Shown piece after piece: positions 39,518 through 48,981 of a DNA stretch of 64,000 nt. A program made the translations under genes and the position numbers. Source of the stretch: Pseudomonadota bacterium. GTDB lineage: Bacteria > Desulfobacterota > Desulfobacteria > Desulfobacterales > JBDRRP01. The notes below the pieces were generated by a model. That model was not told where the DNA came from. It saw nothing but the letters and a program-made list of their open reading frames with translations, and ran no database searches. The DNA is taken from positions 248,001 to 312,000 of the forward strand of contig JBDRRP010000107.1 in the NCBI GenBank assembly GCA_043825735.1, in the 5' to 3' direction. The first letter of the stretch is position 1. Each line of letters opens with the position of its first letter.

Positions 39518-40002
39518 ATGCCCGACGATAAGGCAAGCCGCACGGCGCTGGGTTCCGCCTTCCTTCGCGCCGCGCATCGTGGATGCGGCCGATCGCCACC
39601 ATCGACTTCGAGCGCGAATCGCTGCGCGATGGCTTAAGAAGGCATCGTGTCTCGACGGCCGCGCCGACCTTTTTTTCCTGGCTGGGCGCAACAATGTATC
39701 TGAAGGAAGACGCCATCGATGCGGCTCTCCGGTCTGTTGCCGCGTTTCCTAAAGAAAGCGAGATCGTGCTGACTTTCGCGTTGACGGGCGATGCGCCGTC
39801 AGTGGCCCGGCGCGCAGCAAGTTATGGAGAACCCTGGGTGAGCTGCTTCGCGCCTGATGCGATCGAGGCGAAACTGCGCAGCGCCGGCTTTGCCGACGTG
39901 GTGCCCCTTGCACCCGAAGAGGCAGAGGCGGGGTACTTCAGGGGCCGGTCAGGAGACCTTCCGGTACCGAAGCGGACCAACATCCTGTATGCAGTGGTTT
40001 AG
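39518..40002 (+). pseudogene. Internally deleted, frameshifted SAM-dependent methyltransferase (LCM/TIGR00027-like)
   Basis: ATG 39518 gives the typical N-terminus 'MPDDKASRTALGSAFLRAAH'. It jumps in another frame to 'IDFERESL...TFFSWLGATMYL...GEPW', and the SAM-binding middle is missing. Confidence 0.7.
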
Positions 40003-40093
40003 CTTTAGCTTTGCGATCTCTGCGGCTTTGCGAGAGATTCGGCCTTTTTACGGGGCCATCAAAGTTGAATGGGCGACCGGTCTGCCACTCTCC

Positions 40094-41635
40094 TCAGATG
40101 TCGAATTTGATCCCCTGCGCCAGCGGCAGCGTGGTGCCGTAGTTGATGGTGTTGGTCTGGCGCCGCATGTAGGCTTTCCAGGCATCCGAACCGGATTCGC
40201 GGCCGCCGCCGGTCTCCTTTTCCCCGCCGAACGCCCCGCCGATCTCGGCGCCGGAAGTGCCGATGTTGACGTTGGCCAGGCCGCAGTCCGATCCGGCAGG
40301 TCCCAGGAAGATCTCCGCCTGCCGAAGGTCCGTTGTGAAGATGGACGAAGAGAGCCCCTGAGGGACATCGTTTTGTAGGGCGATGGCGTTTTCCACCCCG
40401 CCGCTGTATCGGATCAAGTACAAAACTGGCGCGAAAGTTTCTTGCTGGACGATGGGATAGGTGTTTTCAACGACGACCAGCGCGGGGGTGACGTAGCAGC
40501 CAGATTCATAGCCCGGGCCTTCGAGTACCCGGCCCCCGCAAAGCACCTCACCGCCGCACTGGCGAATCGTGTCAAGGGCTGCCGTGAACTGTGCCACGGC
40601 CTGACGGTCGATGAGCGGCCCCATGTGATTGGATGCATCCAGCGGAGAGCCGATCCGCAGACTGGTGTAAGCCTTTGTCAGTGCCAGTTTTACCAGCTCG
40701 AAAATCGATTCGTGGATAATGAGCCGGCGGGTGCTGGTGCAGCGCTGACCGGCGGTGCCGACCGCGCCGAAAACCGCCGCCGGCACGGCCAGTTTAAGGT
40801 CGGTGTGTTCGGTGAGAATGATCGCATTGTTACCGCCCAGTTCCAGTATGGTCCGGCCCAGTCGACCGGCCACGGTCGCTGCGATCCGTCTGCCGATGCG
40901 GGTCGAGCCGGTAAAGGAAATCAGGGGCAGACGCGGGTCGGACAGCATCCGGTCGCCGATGGTGCTGCCGCTGCCGATGATCAGGTTGAAGATGCCTTCG
41001 GGCAGTGCGTTTTCGGCGATGACTTCACCGACGATGCGCTGGATCGCGATGGCTGTTATAGGCACCTTCGAGGACGGTTTCCACACGATGACATCGCCGC
41101 AGACGGCGCCGATCAGCGCATTCCAGGACCAAACGGCCACTGGAAAGTTGAACGCGGTGATGACACCGATCGGGCCCAGGGGATGGTACTGGTCATACAT
41201 GCGGTGGCTGGGGCGTTCCGAGGGCATGGTAAAACCGTAGAGCTGACGGGAGAGACCGACGGCGAAATCGGCGATGTCGATCATCTCCTGAACCTCGCCC
41301 ATGCCTTCCTGGATGGATTTTCCCATTTCGGTGCTCACCAGACGACCCAATGGTTCCTTGTATCGGCGAAGCCGCAGGCCGATCTGGCGCACGATTTCTC
41401 CGCGCTTGGGCGCCGGCGTGCAGCGCCAGGCGTGAAAGGCATCGATGGCCCTTTGCATCAGCTGTTCATAGTCGTCTTCCGAGGCTTTTCGCACGGCGGC
41501 GATTTTCCCACCATCCACGGGAGAGGTGCTTGTCAACAGCGCGCTGTCCGCCGCGGTGTGCCACTGCACCCCAGTGGAGGCGCCGTCATTGACGGCGGCA
41601 ACGCCGAGGGTGTCAAGCATCGTTGACATTTCCAT
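40094..41635 (-). CDS. ALDH7/antiquitin-family aldehyde dehydrogenase (alpha-aminoadipate semialdehyde / P6C dehydrogenase-like)
   Basis: 'TPAPKRGEIVRQ', 'GEVQEMIDI', 'TAFNFPVAVW', 'ELGGNNA', 'GTAGQRCT', 'GAEIGGAFGGEK.TGGGRESGSDAWKAYMRR', 'LPLAQGIKF'. Confidence 0.92.
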   Translation of the reverse strand: MEMSTMLDTLGVAAVNDGASTGVQWHTAADSALLTSTSPVDGGKIAAVRKASEDDYEQLMQRAIDAFHAWRCTPAPKRGEIVRQIGLRLRRYKEPLGRLVSTEMGKSIQEGMGEVQEMIDIADFAVGLSRQLYGFTMPSERPSHRMYDQYHPLGPIGVITAFNFPVAVWSWNALIGAVCGDVIVWKPSSKVPITAIAIQRIVGEVIAENALPEGIFNLIIGSGSTIGDRMLSDPRLPLISFTGSTRIGRRIAATVAGRLGRTILELGGNNAIILTEHTDLKLAVPAAVFGAVGTAGQRCTSTRRLIIHESIFELVKLALTKAYTSLRIGSPLDASNHMGPLIDRQAVAQFTAALDTIRQCGGEVLCGGRVLEGPGYESGCYVTPALVVVENTYPIVQQETFAPVLYLIRYSGGVENAIALQNDVPQGLSSSIFTTDLRQAEIFLGPAGSDCGLANVNIGTSGAEIGGAFGGEKETGGGRESGSDAWKAYMRRQTNTINYGTTLPLAQGIKFDI

Positions 41636-41740
41636 GGGGCCATCCTCCAGTTTAGCGTCAAAGACCGGCGTCCCTGGCGACATTGTGACCACCACGGAGT
41701 CCCGGAGATCACGGAGAAAAACAATTGGTTTTTAAATTAT

Positions 41741-41872
41741 GATAAAACCGTAAAAAGTGATTTCGAACCACAGAGACCGCAGAGAACCGCAGAGAATTTA
41801 CTGAATAATTAGTAAGTTATCTCTGCGCTCTCTGTGTCCTCTGTGGTGATTTCAGACTTTTACGGCACCATC
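41741..41872. mobile_element. MITE-like palindromic element (copy 2)
   Basis: TIRs gataaaaccgtaaaaagt / acttttacggcaccatc; reverse-complement homologue of 3669-3801. Confidence 0.72.
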
Positions 41873-42497
41873 AACGATGCGAACAGGAACGGATTCCGGC
41901 CAGGGAAAATCGGAGGATGTGATCGGCCAGGGCCTGGATCAGTTCCGGCGATACGGTCTGCTCCATCAGATACTCCAGGTCGCTGGTGCGCAGCATGAGC
42001 AGCGCCCGGCACTGGTTGACGATGCTGAGTTCACAAAACCGCACCGCTTCATCGCTGACATCAGGGCCGGCGATCTCCCTGACCATGGCCAGCAGATATT
42101 GGCGCCGTGGTTCGATGGCCCGGCGCCAGCTTTCATCGATCAACCCGGTCGGGTTGGCCAACTCCATAAGATACATTTTCATAAACACGCCTTTGGCGCC
42201 AGGCGAGCAGAACTTGTGGACCAGGGCGTGGATTTTCCGGCGAAGGCGATCTTCCGGGGCACTGTCGGGCGATTCGGGCAAGTCGGGGACGATGTCCTTT
42301 TCGAATGCCTGCTGCCAGGCCTCGGTGTAGAGCGCATCCTTGCTGCCGAAGTAGTAACTGACGGCGGCCACATTGGTGTCGGCCCGTCGGCAGATCTGTG
42401 CCACTGTGGCGTCGCGAAACCCTTTTTCGCCGAAAACGTCGCAGGCTGCGGCCAATAGCCGGGTGCGGGTTATTTTGCCGTCTTTTCTTTGAGCCAT
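41871..42497 (-). CDS. TetR-family regulator (CecR/CerR-like)
   Basis: 'FGEKGFRDATVAQIC...NVAAVSYYFGSKDALY'; C-terminal 'ADHILRFSLAGI'; divergent from the efflux operon. Confidence 0.88.
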   Translation of the reverse strand: MAQRKDGKITRTRLLAAACDVFGEKGFRDATVAQICRRADTNVAAVSYYFGSKDALYTEAWQQAFEKDIVPDLPESPDSAPEDRLRRKIHALVHKFCSPGAKGVFMKMYLMELANPTGLIDESWRRAIEPRRQYLLAMVREIAGPDVSDEAVRFCELSIVNQCRALLMLRTSDLEYLMEQTVSPELIQALADHILRFSLAGIRSCSHR

Positions 42498-42616
42498 TGT
42501 GCGGGTTTTCTGCCTTTGTTAAGTTTTTTTCGCCGTCGCCACTACGGCGGCGAATAACCCGGCAGGGGCTGTGCCAGGAGAGGGAATCTGCCTGGGTTGA
42601 AAGGGCGCGAATTAAG

Positions 42617-42632
42617 TTAAATGAGAATTTAA
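42617..42632. promoter_or_regulatory. Candidate TetR operator
   Basis: ttaaat-gaga-atttaa palindrome in the AT-rich tetR/RND spacer. Confidence 0.45.
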
Positions 42633-42799
42633 AATAAATATTTGAAATAGTCAATAGGGCATGATATGCGCTGTCTTCAATGCCTTTTATGGCATCGCGT
42701 GAACTCAGCGACGGTTAACGGTTAGTCAAAAACGGCGTGTCTCTGTCCTTCGCAAAGGATCGGTGGCGCTTTTCAATCGTCTGTAAGGAGCGGTTCTCT

Positions 42800-43945
42800 A
42801 TGCGATTTCGATTGTCTCAACCTTGTTTGGCATCTGCTTTTGCGCTCTTTTTTGTCATGGTCGGAACCAATTCCGGAGCGGCTGCCCCGCCGGGCCCCGG
42901 CGGCGCCCGGCGCCCGGTGGTCACCGTTCAGGTGGTCACCGACGAGGAGGTCAACCCGCCCACCGAATACGTAGGGCGGGTGGAAGCCATCCAGGCGGTG
43001 GACTTGCGTGCGCGCGTGCAGGGGTTTCTCGATGCGGTGGCCTTCAAGGAAGGCGCCAGCGTGAGCGCAGGTGACACCCTCTACCGCATCGAGCAGACCG
43101 TTTATAAGGCCAAGGTCAATGAGGCCGGTGCCAAAGTGACCGCTTCCCGCGCTGCCCTCAACAAAAGTCAGCAATACCTCAAACGCCTCCAGTCCGTGTA
43201 TGCCGGCGGTGTGTCGGAGGCGGATCTGGAAAGCGCCGTGAGCACGGAGCAGCAGGCAAAGGCCCAACTCCAGGAGAATCTGGCCAGCCTGGAACTGGCC
43301 GAACTGAACCTGGGCTATACCACCATCACCGCCCCCATCGGTGGCCGCATCGGGCGCTCGGCCTATACTCGGGGCAACCTGGTCGGCCCGGAGTCCGGGG
43401 TTCTGGCCCGGATCGTTCAGACCGACCCGATCAGGGTCGTTTATTCCATGAGCGAAAACGAACTGGTGGCCACACGGGTGGCTGAAAGGGAAATTGGCGC
43501 CGACAGCGTCGACTGCCGCCTCGTGCCGCGGATACAACTGGCCGGCGACGGCATGTATCCGCTGGCCGGTCGTCTGGACTTCGTTGACAATGAAATCGAT
43601 GCGGCCACCGGCACTATCGCCGTCAGAGCGGTATTCGACAACCCCGACGGCATTCTGCTGCCCGGCCAGTACGTGTCCGTGTTCGTTACCTGCCGGGAAG
43701 GAAAGCGACTGCCGATGGTTCCCCAGTCCGCGGTTCTGGCAGACCGGGAGGGGCGCTATGTGTTCGTCGTGGATGCCGGGGGCAAGGTCCAGCAACGGCG
43801 CATCACCACCGGGCCGGTCCTGGATACCCGGTGGGCGGTGTCTTCCGGTTTGATACCCGGAGAGACCATCATCGTGCAGGGGATTCAGAAAGTTAAGCCC
43901 GGCCAGGAAGTCGACGTCGTCCACGCCGCCGACGGCAAGAAATAA
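42800..43945 (+). CDS. RND efflux periplasmic adaptor (MFP)
   Basis: 'VDLRARVQGFL', 'ITAPIGGRIG', 'TGTIAVRAVFDNP..LLPGQYV'; AAGGAG RBS. Confidence 0.9.
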   Translation: MRFRLSQPCLASAFALFFVMVGTNSGAAAPPGPGGARRPVVTVQVVTDEEVNPPTEYVGRVEAIQAVDLRARVQGFLDAVAFKEGASVSAGDTLYRIEQTVYKAKVNEAGAKVTASRAALNKSQQYLKRLQSVYAGGVSEADLESAVSTEQQAKAQLQENLASLELAELNLGYTTITAPIGGRIGRSAYTRGNLVGPESGVLARIVQTDPIRVVYSMSENELVATRVAEREIGADSVDCRLVPRIQLAGDGMYPLAGRLDFVDNEIDAATGTIAVRAVFDNPDGILLPGQYVSVFVTCREGKRLPMVPQSAVLADREGRYVFVVDAGGKVQQRRITTGPVLDTRWAVSSGLIPGETIIVQGIQKVKPGQEVDVVHAADGKK

Positions 43946-43954
43946 GGAAACGGC

Positions 43955-46900
43955 ATGTTCTCACGCATCTTCATCGAGCGCCCCCGGCTGGCCATGGTGA
44001 TCTCCATCATCATCACCCTGGCCGGCGTACTGGCCCTGCTCAACATTCCCATCGCGCAGTACCCGCAGATTACGCCGCCTGAGATCCGGGTGACCGCCAC
44101 GTATCCCGGTGCCAGCGCGGAAGTGGTGGCCGCAACGGTGGCCGCGCCGCTGGAAGCGGAAGTCAACGGCGTCGAAAACATGCTCTACATGTCTTCGACC
44201 TGCTCCAACAACGGCAGCTATGCACTGAGTGTGACCTTTGCCGTGGGAACCGATCCGGCCATCGCCCAGGTGAACGTCCAGAACCGGGTGCAACAGGCCG
44301 TGCCAAAACTGCCCAAAGAGGTGACCGACCAGGGCATATCGGTGCGCACGCGGTCCACGGACTTTCTGGGCGTGATTTCCTTCTTTGTCCCTGGTGGCGG
44401 CAAGGATGCGCTGTTTCTGAGTAACTACGTCAGCATCAACGTCAAGGACGCATTGACCCGGCTCAACGGAGTCAGCGAAGCCTATATCTTCGGTGCCCAG
44501 GACTACAGCATGCGGATCTGGATGAACCCGGAGCGGCTCACTGCGCTGCAATTGACGGCTGATGACGTGATCGGCGCCATCCGGGCTCAAAACATCCAGG
44601 CCGCCGCCGGCGGTATCGGGTCGGCGCCGTCGGGAGACGACCAGCAGATCCAGTACACCCTGCGGGCCAAGGGCCGTCTCAAAGAGGCTGGCGATTTCGA
44701 AGAAATCATCATCCGCGCCAACGCGCAGGGCGGTATCGTACGCCTGCGGGACGTGGCCCGCGTGGAACTCGGGGCCCAGTCCTACGCGTCCAGATCCATG
44801 CTCAACGGCGCCCCTGCCGTGAACATGGCCATCTACAGCAACGCCAGCGCCAATGCCCTGGACACCATCGAGGCGGTCAACCGAGAAGTCGCGCGCCTCT
44901 CCAAGGGGTTTCCAAAGGACATCGAGTACCGGTTCGTCTACGACACCACCAAATTTGTGCGGGTGGCGATCCATGAGATCGTGCTGACACTGCTGGTCAC
45001 CTTTTTCCTCGTTGTGGGCGTTACTTACATTTTCCTTCAGGACTGGCGCGCGACCCTCATCCCCAGTCTGACCATTCCGGTGTCCCTTGTCGGCTCTTTC
45101 GCGGTGCTTCTGGCGATGGGCTTCAGCGCCAACACGGTCACGCTGTTTGCACTCATTCTCGCCATCGGACTGGTGGTCGACGATGCCATCGTGGTGGTGG
45201 AAAACGTCCAACGGATCATGATGGAAGAGCAGCTTGACGCCCCGGCGGCGGCCATCAAAGCCATGGGGCAGGTCATCGGCCCCATCATCGCAACCACCCT
45301 GGTACTGATCGCTGTTTTTTTGCCGGTCGGGTTTATACCGGGGATCACGGGGCAACTGTACAGGCAGTTCGCGGTCACCATCATCACGGCGGTCATTTTG
45401 TCGGCCATCAACGCCCTGACCCTGAGTCCCGCCCTGTGCGCCGTGCTGCTCAGGCCCCACGTCACCGTTCAGCACGGGCCCCTGGCCTGGTTCAGCCGGG
45501 TGCTTGCGGCCTCGCGCCGGATTTACGTGGGCATCGCCGGGTGGCTGGTGCGTCGGTTCGTAGTGGCGCTGTGCATCTACGTGATGGTGTTCACCGCCGG
45601 CTACTACCTGTTCAGCACGCGTCCGGTCAGCTTTTTACCCAGCGAAGATCAGGGCGTGTTTTTCGTCAATGCGCAGCTCCCCGAAGCTTCGGCCCTGGTC
45701 CGGACCAACATCGTCATGAGGCAGATCTCGGAAGTGCTCACGAAGACACCCGGCGTGGCCGACGTGATTGCCGTCAGCGGTTTCAGCATCATCAGCGGCT
45801 CCGCCGAAAATGTGGGGCTGTGTGTGGTCGTGCTCGACACCTGGGATAAGCGTAAAACCCCCGAGCTGCAGATCGAGGGCATCCTGGGCCGTGTCCGGCG
45901 GGAACTGGCAGCCCTGCCATCGGCCAATATTTTTGCCTTCAGCCCGCCGGCCATCCGCGGGCTGGGCCTGACCGGCGGTTTCGATTTCCGGCTCCAGGCC
46001 GTGGGCGACCAGAGTCCCCAGGAGCTTTCCGCCGTGACCCGCGCAATGGTCATCGCGGCCAACCAGGACCCGACTCTGCGGGCCGCATTCAGCACCTATA
46101 CGGCCGATGCGCCGCAGCTCTACCTGAACCTGGACCGAACGAAGGCGGAAATTTTGAAAGTGCCTGTCGACCGTGTTTTCTCAACGCTTCAGGCCAACCT
46201 GGGTTCCCGGTATGTCAATGATTTCAATCTGTTCAGCAGGGTGTTTCAGGTTAAGGTCCAGGCCGATGCGCCCTACCGCGATTCCGTGGACGACATCAAG
46301 CGCATCTACGTACGCAGCGACGACGGCAACATGGTGCCCATGAGCAGCCTTGCCAGTTTGTCCACCGTGCTGGCACCACAGCTGGTCACGCGCTACAATC
46401 AGTTTGCCTCGGCCCAGATCAACGGCGAGGCCGCCCGGGGGTTCAGCACCGGCGAGGCGATGGACGCCATGGCGCAAGTGGCCGCCAAAACACTGCCCGA
46501 CGGGTATGCCTACGAATGGTCCGCCATCTCCTATCAGGAGCAGCAGAGCGGCGGACAGGCGCCGGTGCTGCTGCTGCTGGCACTGGTTTTCGGCTACCTT
46601 TTCCTGGTGGCCCAGTACGAAAGCTGGACCATTCCGCTGAGCGTCATGATTTCCATTTCGGTGGCGGTCCTGGGCGCGCTGGCGGGGCTCTGGGCGACCG
46701 GCCTGGATCTGAGCATCTACGCCCAGATCGGCCTGGTGCTGCTGGTGGGGCTGGCAAGCAAGAACGCCATTCTCATCGTGGAGTTCTCCAGAGACCAGCG
46801 CGCCGCCGGGGTGCCGCTGTTCGAAGCGGCGGTGGCCGGTGCACGGATCCGCTACCGGGCCGTGCTCATGACGGCGTTTTCCTTTATTTTAGGCGTGCTG

Positions 46901-47107
46901 CCCCTGGTGATCGCAGAAGGTGCCGGCGCCAACAGCCGGCGTTCCATGGGCACTACGGTGTTCTTTGGCATGCTGGCAGCAACGGTGGCCGGCATCTTCC
47001 TCATCCCGGCGCTCTATTACGTGTTGCAGAACGGGCGGGAGGCCATGTTGGCCCGCCGGCAGCGGCGGCGGGAGAACATCGAACATCGAACGTCCAACAT
47101 CGAATGA
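43955..47107 (+). CDS. RND efflux permease (HAE1, AcrB/BepE-like)
   Basis: 'FIERPRLA', 'AQYPQITPP', 'IGLVVDDAIVVVEN', 'SKNAILIVEF', 'RAVLMTA'. Confidence 0.95.
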   Translation: MFSRIFIERPRLAMVISIIITLAGVLALLNIPIAQYPQITPPEIRVTATYPGASAEVVAATVAAPLEAEVNGVENMLYMSSTCSNNGSYALSVTFAVGTDPAIAQVNVQNRVQQAVPKLPKEVTDQGISVRTRSTDFLGVISFFVPGGGKDALFLSNYVSINVKDALTRLNGVSEAYIFGAQDYSMRIWMNPERLTALQLTADDVIGAIRAQNIQAAAGGIGSAPSGDDQQIQYTLRAKGRLKEAGDFEEIIIRANAQGGIVRLRDVARVELGAQSYASRSMLNGAPAVNMAIYSNASANALDTIEAVNREVARLSKGFPKDIEYRFVYDTTKFVRVAIHEIVLTLLVTFFLVVGVTYIFLQDWRATLIPSLTIPVSLVGSFAVLLAMGFSANTVTLFALILAIGLVVDDAIVVVENVQRIMMEEQLDAPAAAIKAMGQVIGPIIATTLVLIAVFLPVGFIPGITGQLYRQFAVTIITAVILSAINALTLSPALCAVLLRPHVTVQHGPLAWFSRVLAASRRIYVGIAGWLVRRFVVALCIYVMVFTAGYYLFSTRPVSFLPSEDQGVFFVNAQLPEASALVRTNIVMRQISEVLTKTPGVADVIAVSGFSIISGSAENVGLCVVVLDTWDKRKTPELQIEGILGRVRRELAALPSANIFAFSPPAIRGLGLTGGFDFRLQAVGDQSPQELSAVTRAMVIAANQDPTLRAAFSTYTADAPQLYLNLDRTKAEILKVPVDRVFSTLQANLGSRYVNDFNLFSRVFQVKVQADAPYRDSVDDIKRIYVRSDDGNMVPMSSLASLSTVLAPQLVTRYNQFASAQINGEAARGFSTGEAMDAMAQVAAKTLPDGYAYEWSAISYQEQQSGGQAPVLLLLALVFGYLFLVAQYESWTIPLSVMISISVAVLGALAGLWATGLDLSIYAQIGLVLLVGLASKNAILIVEFSRDQRAAGVPLFEAAVAGARIRYRAVLMTAFSFILGVLPLVIAEGAGANSRRSMGTTVFFGMLAATVAGIFLIPALYYVLQNGREAMLARRQRRRENIEHRTSNIE

Positions 47108-47398
47108 TGAATGAAAAGGCGAACGACGAAGGGCGAACATCGAACATCGAATGGTGAATGAAAGGGCGGAGGGCGAACGTCGAATGAAAGGGTAACGAAT
47201 GCTGTCGATGCGGTTTGCATTCGATGTTAATATCTCTCGCCTTTCTTGGCGCGAGAACCGGTTTTTTGGTTTTCTATTCGATGTTCAGCGTTCGACGTTC
47301 GATGTTCGAAGTTCATTTTTAATTTTGCTTTTCTTTGCGCCGTTGCGTCTTTGCGCGAGAACCGGTTTTTTGGTTTTTTATTTGACGTTCATCGATTG
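47075..47398. repeat. Inverted 7-nt-period (ATCGAAC) tandem-repeat array
   Basis: aacatcg/aacgtcc/aatgatg... units at 47075-47190, complementary ttcgatg units at 47277-47316; ~40-nt internal duplication 47249/47355. Confidence 0.8.
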
Positions 47399-47535
47399 AA
47401 TGCTCATAAAAACCAGCGATGTATCCTAAGTGGTGAAGGTTGCCGGTGACGATTACGAGCACGCGCACGAGCACGAAAAAAGCAACGGCTTGAGCTTTCC
47501 GGATAACCGCGTACTTTTAAATGGGAAGTACTTTC

Positions 47536-48981
47536 ATGCGACGCATTTTTTGGATTGGCAACCTTATTCTCTTGTCGGTGCTTGTTTCCGGATGCGCCAG
47601 TGTCGGTCCGGATTACACGCCCCCATCCATCGATGCCCCGGAGCACTGGCACACGGATTTGAAGGACGGCCTGACGCCGCAGCCGTCAGACCCGGCGGTA
47701 CTTGCGGGCTGGTGGCGCACCCTTGACGATCCGTTGCTTTCCGCATTGATGGCGCGTGCCGTCAAAGGCAATCTGGACCTTCGGGAGGCCCGGGCGCGGG
47801 TCCGTGAGGCGCGGGCCCGGCGGGGCATCAGTGAAGCGGCCTTCTACCCGAGCGTGGACGCCACCGGCTCGGTCAGCAAGGGGCGCAGCAGTGAAAACAG
47901 CGGCTCCGGCAAGGAGAGCACCCTCTACAGCGCCGGGTTCGACGCCGGCTGGGAGCTGGATGTCTTCGGCGGGACACGCCGCACTGTCGAGGCCGCCCAG
48001 GCCGGACTTGAGGCCAGTGACGCCGATCTGAGCGATGTCCTGGTGAGCCTGCTGGCCGAGGTGGCGCGCAACTATATCGACGTGCGCACTTACCAGGCAC
48101 GGCTTCGGGTGGCCGAGGCCAATATTTCGGCGCAGGAGGCCTCGCTCAATCTCACCCAGTCGCGGTTCGAGGCTGGACTCAGCGACGAACTCGGGGTGCA
48201 GCAGGCCCGCTACAATCTGGAGAACACCCGCGCACTGCTGCCGACGCTGCGCACCGGTCTGTACGCGGCCCAGAACCGACTCTCGGTTCTGCTGGGGGAG
48301 CGCCCCGGGTCGGTAGTCGCTGAACTGACGCCCGATCACGGCATTCCTGTTCCTCCGATCAGCGTGGCCGTCGGCATCCCGGCCGACACCCTTCGGCGGC
48401 GGCCGGACATTCGCCGTGCCGAGCGCCGGCTGGCGGCACAGACCGCCCAGATCGGCGTGGCCACGGCCGATCTCTATCCCCGGTTCCGGCTGCCCGGGGC
48501 CATCGGTCTGGAATCGCTGTCCGCAGATACCTGGCTCAATTCTTCCAGCCTGTTTTGGCGGATCGCCCCCGGCGTGACCTGGAACATCTTCGATGCCGGC
48601 GCCGTTCGTCAGAACATCGAGGTCCAGGGCGCTCTCCAGGAGCAGGCGCTTGCCCGCTACGAGGCGGCGCTTCTTACAGCCACCGAGGAGGTGGAGAACG
48701 CCCTGAAGGCCTATGCCGAAGAGCAGCTCAGACGCGACGCCCTCATCGCGGCCATCGATGCCGCCGGAAAATCCGTGCAACTGTCCGAAGCGCAGTACAA
48801 AGCCGGGCTCACCGATTTCAGCAACGTGCTTATCGCCCAGCGGTCCCTGCTCGCTTTTCAGGACAACCTGGCCGTGAGTGAGGGGACGGTGACCGCCAAC
48901 CTGGTGCGTCTGTACAAGGCGCTGGGCGGCGGCTGGCAGCCGCTGGCAGCCGAAAATGACCGGGAGACAAGCGCGCCATGA
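47536..48981 (+). CDS. Efflux outer-membrane lipoprotein (NodT/TolC family)
   Basis: Lipobox 'VSGC', 'WWRTLDDPLL', 'WELDVFG', 'RRPDIRRAE', 'LYKALGGGW'; the start may be 47521. Confidence 0.92.
   Translation: MRRIFWIGNLILLSVLVSGCASVGPDYTPPSIDAPEHWHTDLKDGLTPQPSDPAVLAGWWRTLDDPLLSALMARAVKGNLDLREARARVREARARRGISEAAFYPSVDATGSVSKGRSSENSGSGKESTLYSAGFDAGWELDVFGGTRRTVEAAQAGLEASDADLSDVLVSLLAEVARNYIDVRTYQARLRVAEANISAQEASLNLTQSRFEAGLSDELGVQQARYNLENTRALLPTLRTGLYAAQNRLSVLLGERPGSVVAELTPDHGIPVPPISVAVGIPADTLRRRPDIRRAERRLAAQTAQIGVATADLYPRFRLPGAIGLESLSADTWLNSSSLFWRIAPGVTWNIFDAGAVRQNIEVQGALQEQALARYEAALLTATEEVENALKAYAEEQLRRDALIAAIDAAGKSVQLSEAQYKAGLTDFSNVLIAQRSLLAFQDNLAVSEGTVTANLVRLYKALGGGWQPLAAENDRETSAP

Noticed and set aside
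43961..45475. Long antisense ORFs (e.g. 43961-45475, 40442-41626, 7432-8469, 1171-2259)
   Set aside because: They are shadows of well-supported genes in high-GC DNA, with no motifs or RBS
47075..47400. Possible CRISPR array in the repeat-rich gaps
   Set aside because: Units are 6-9 nt tandem repeats without unique ~30-40 nt spacers, and there are no cas genes
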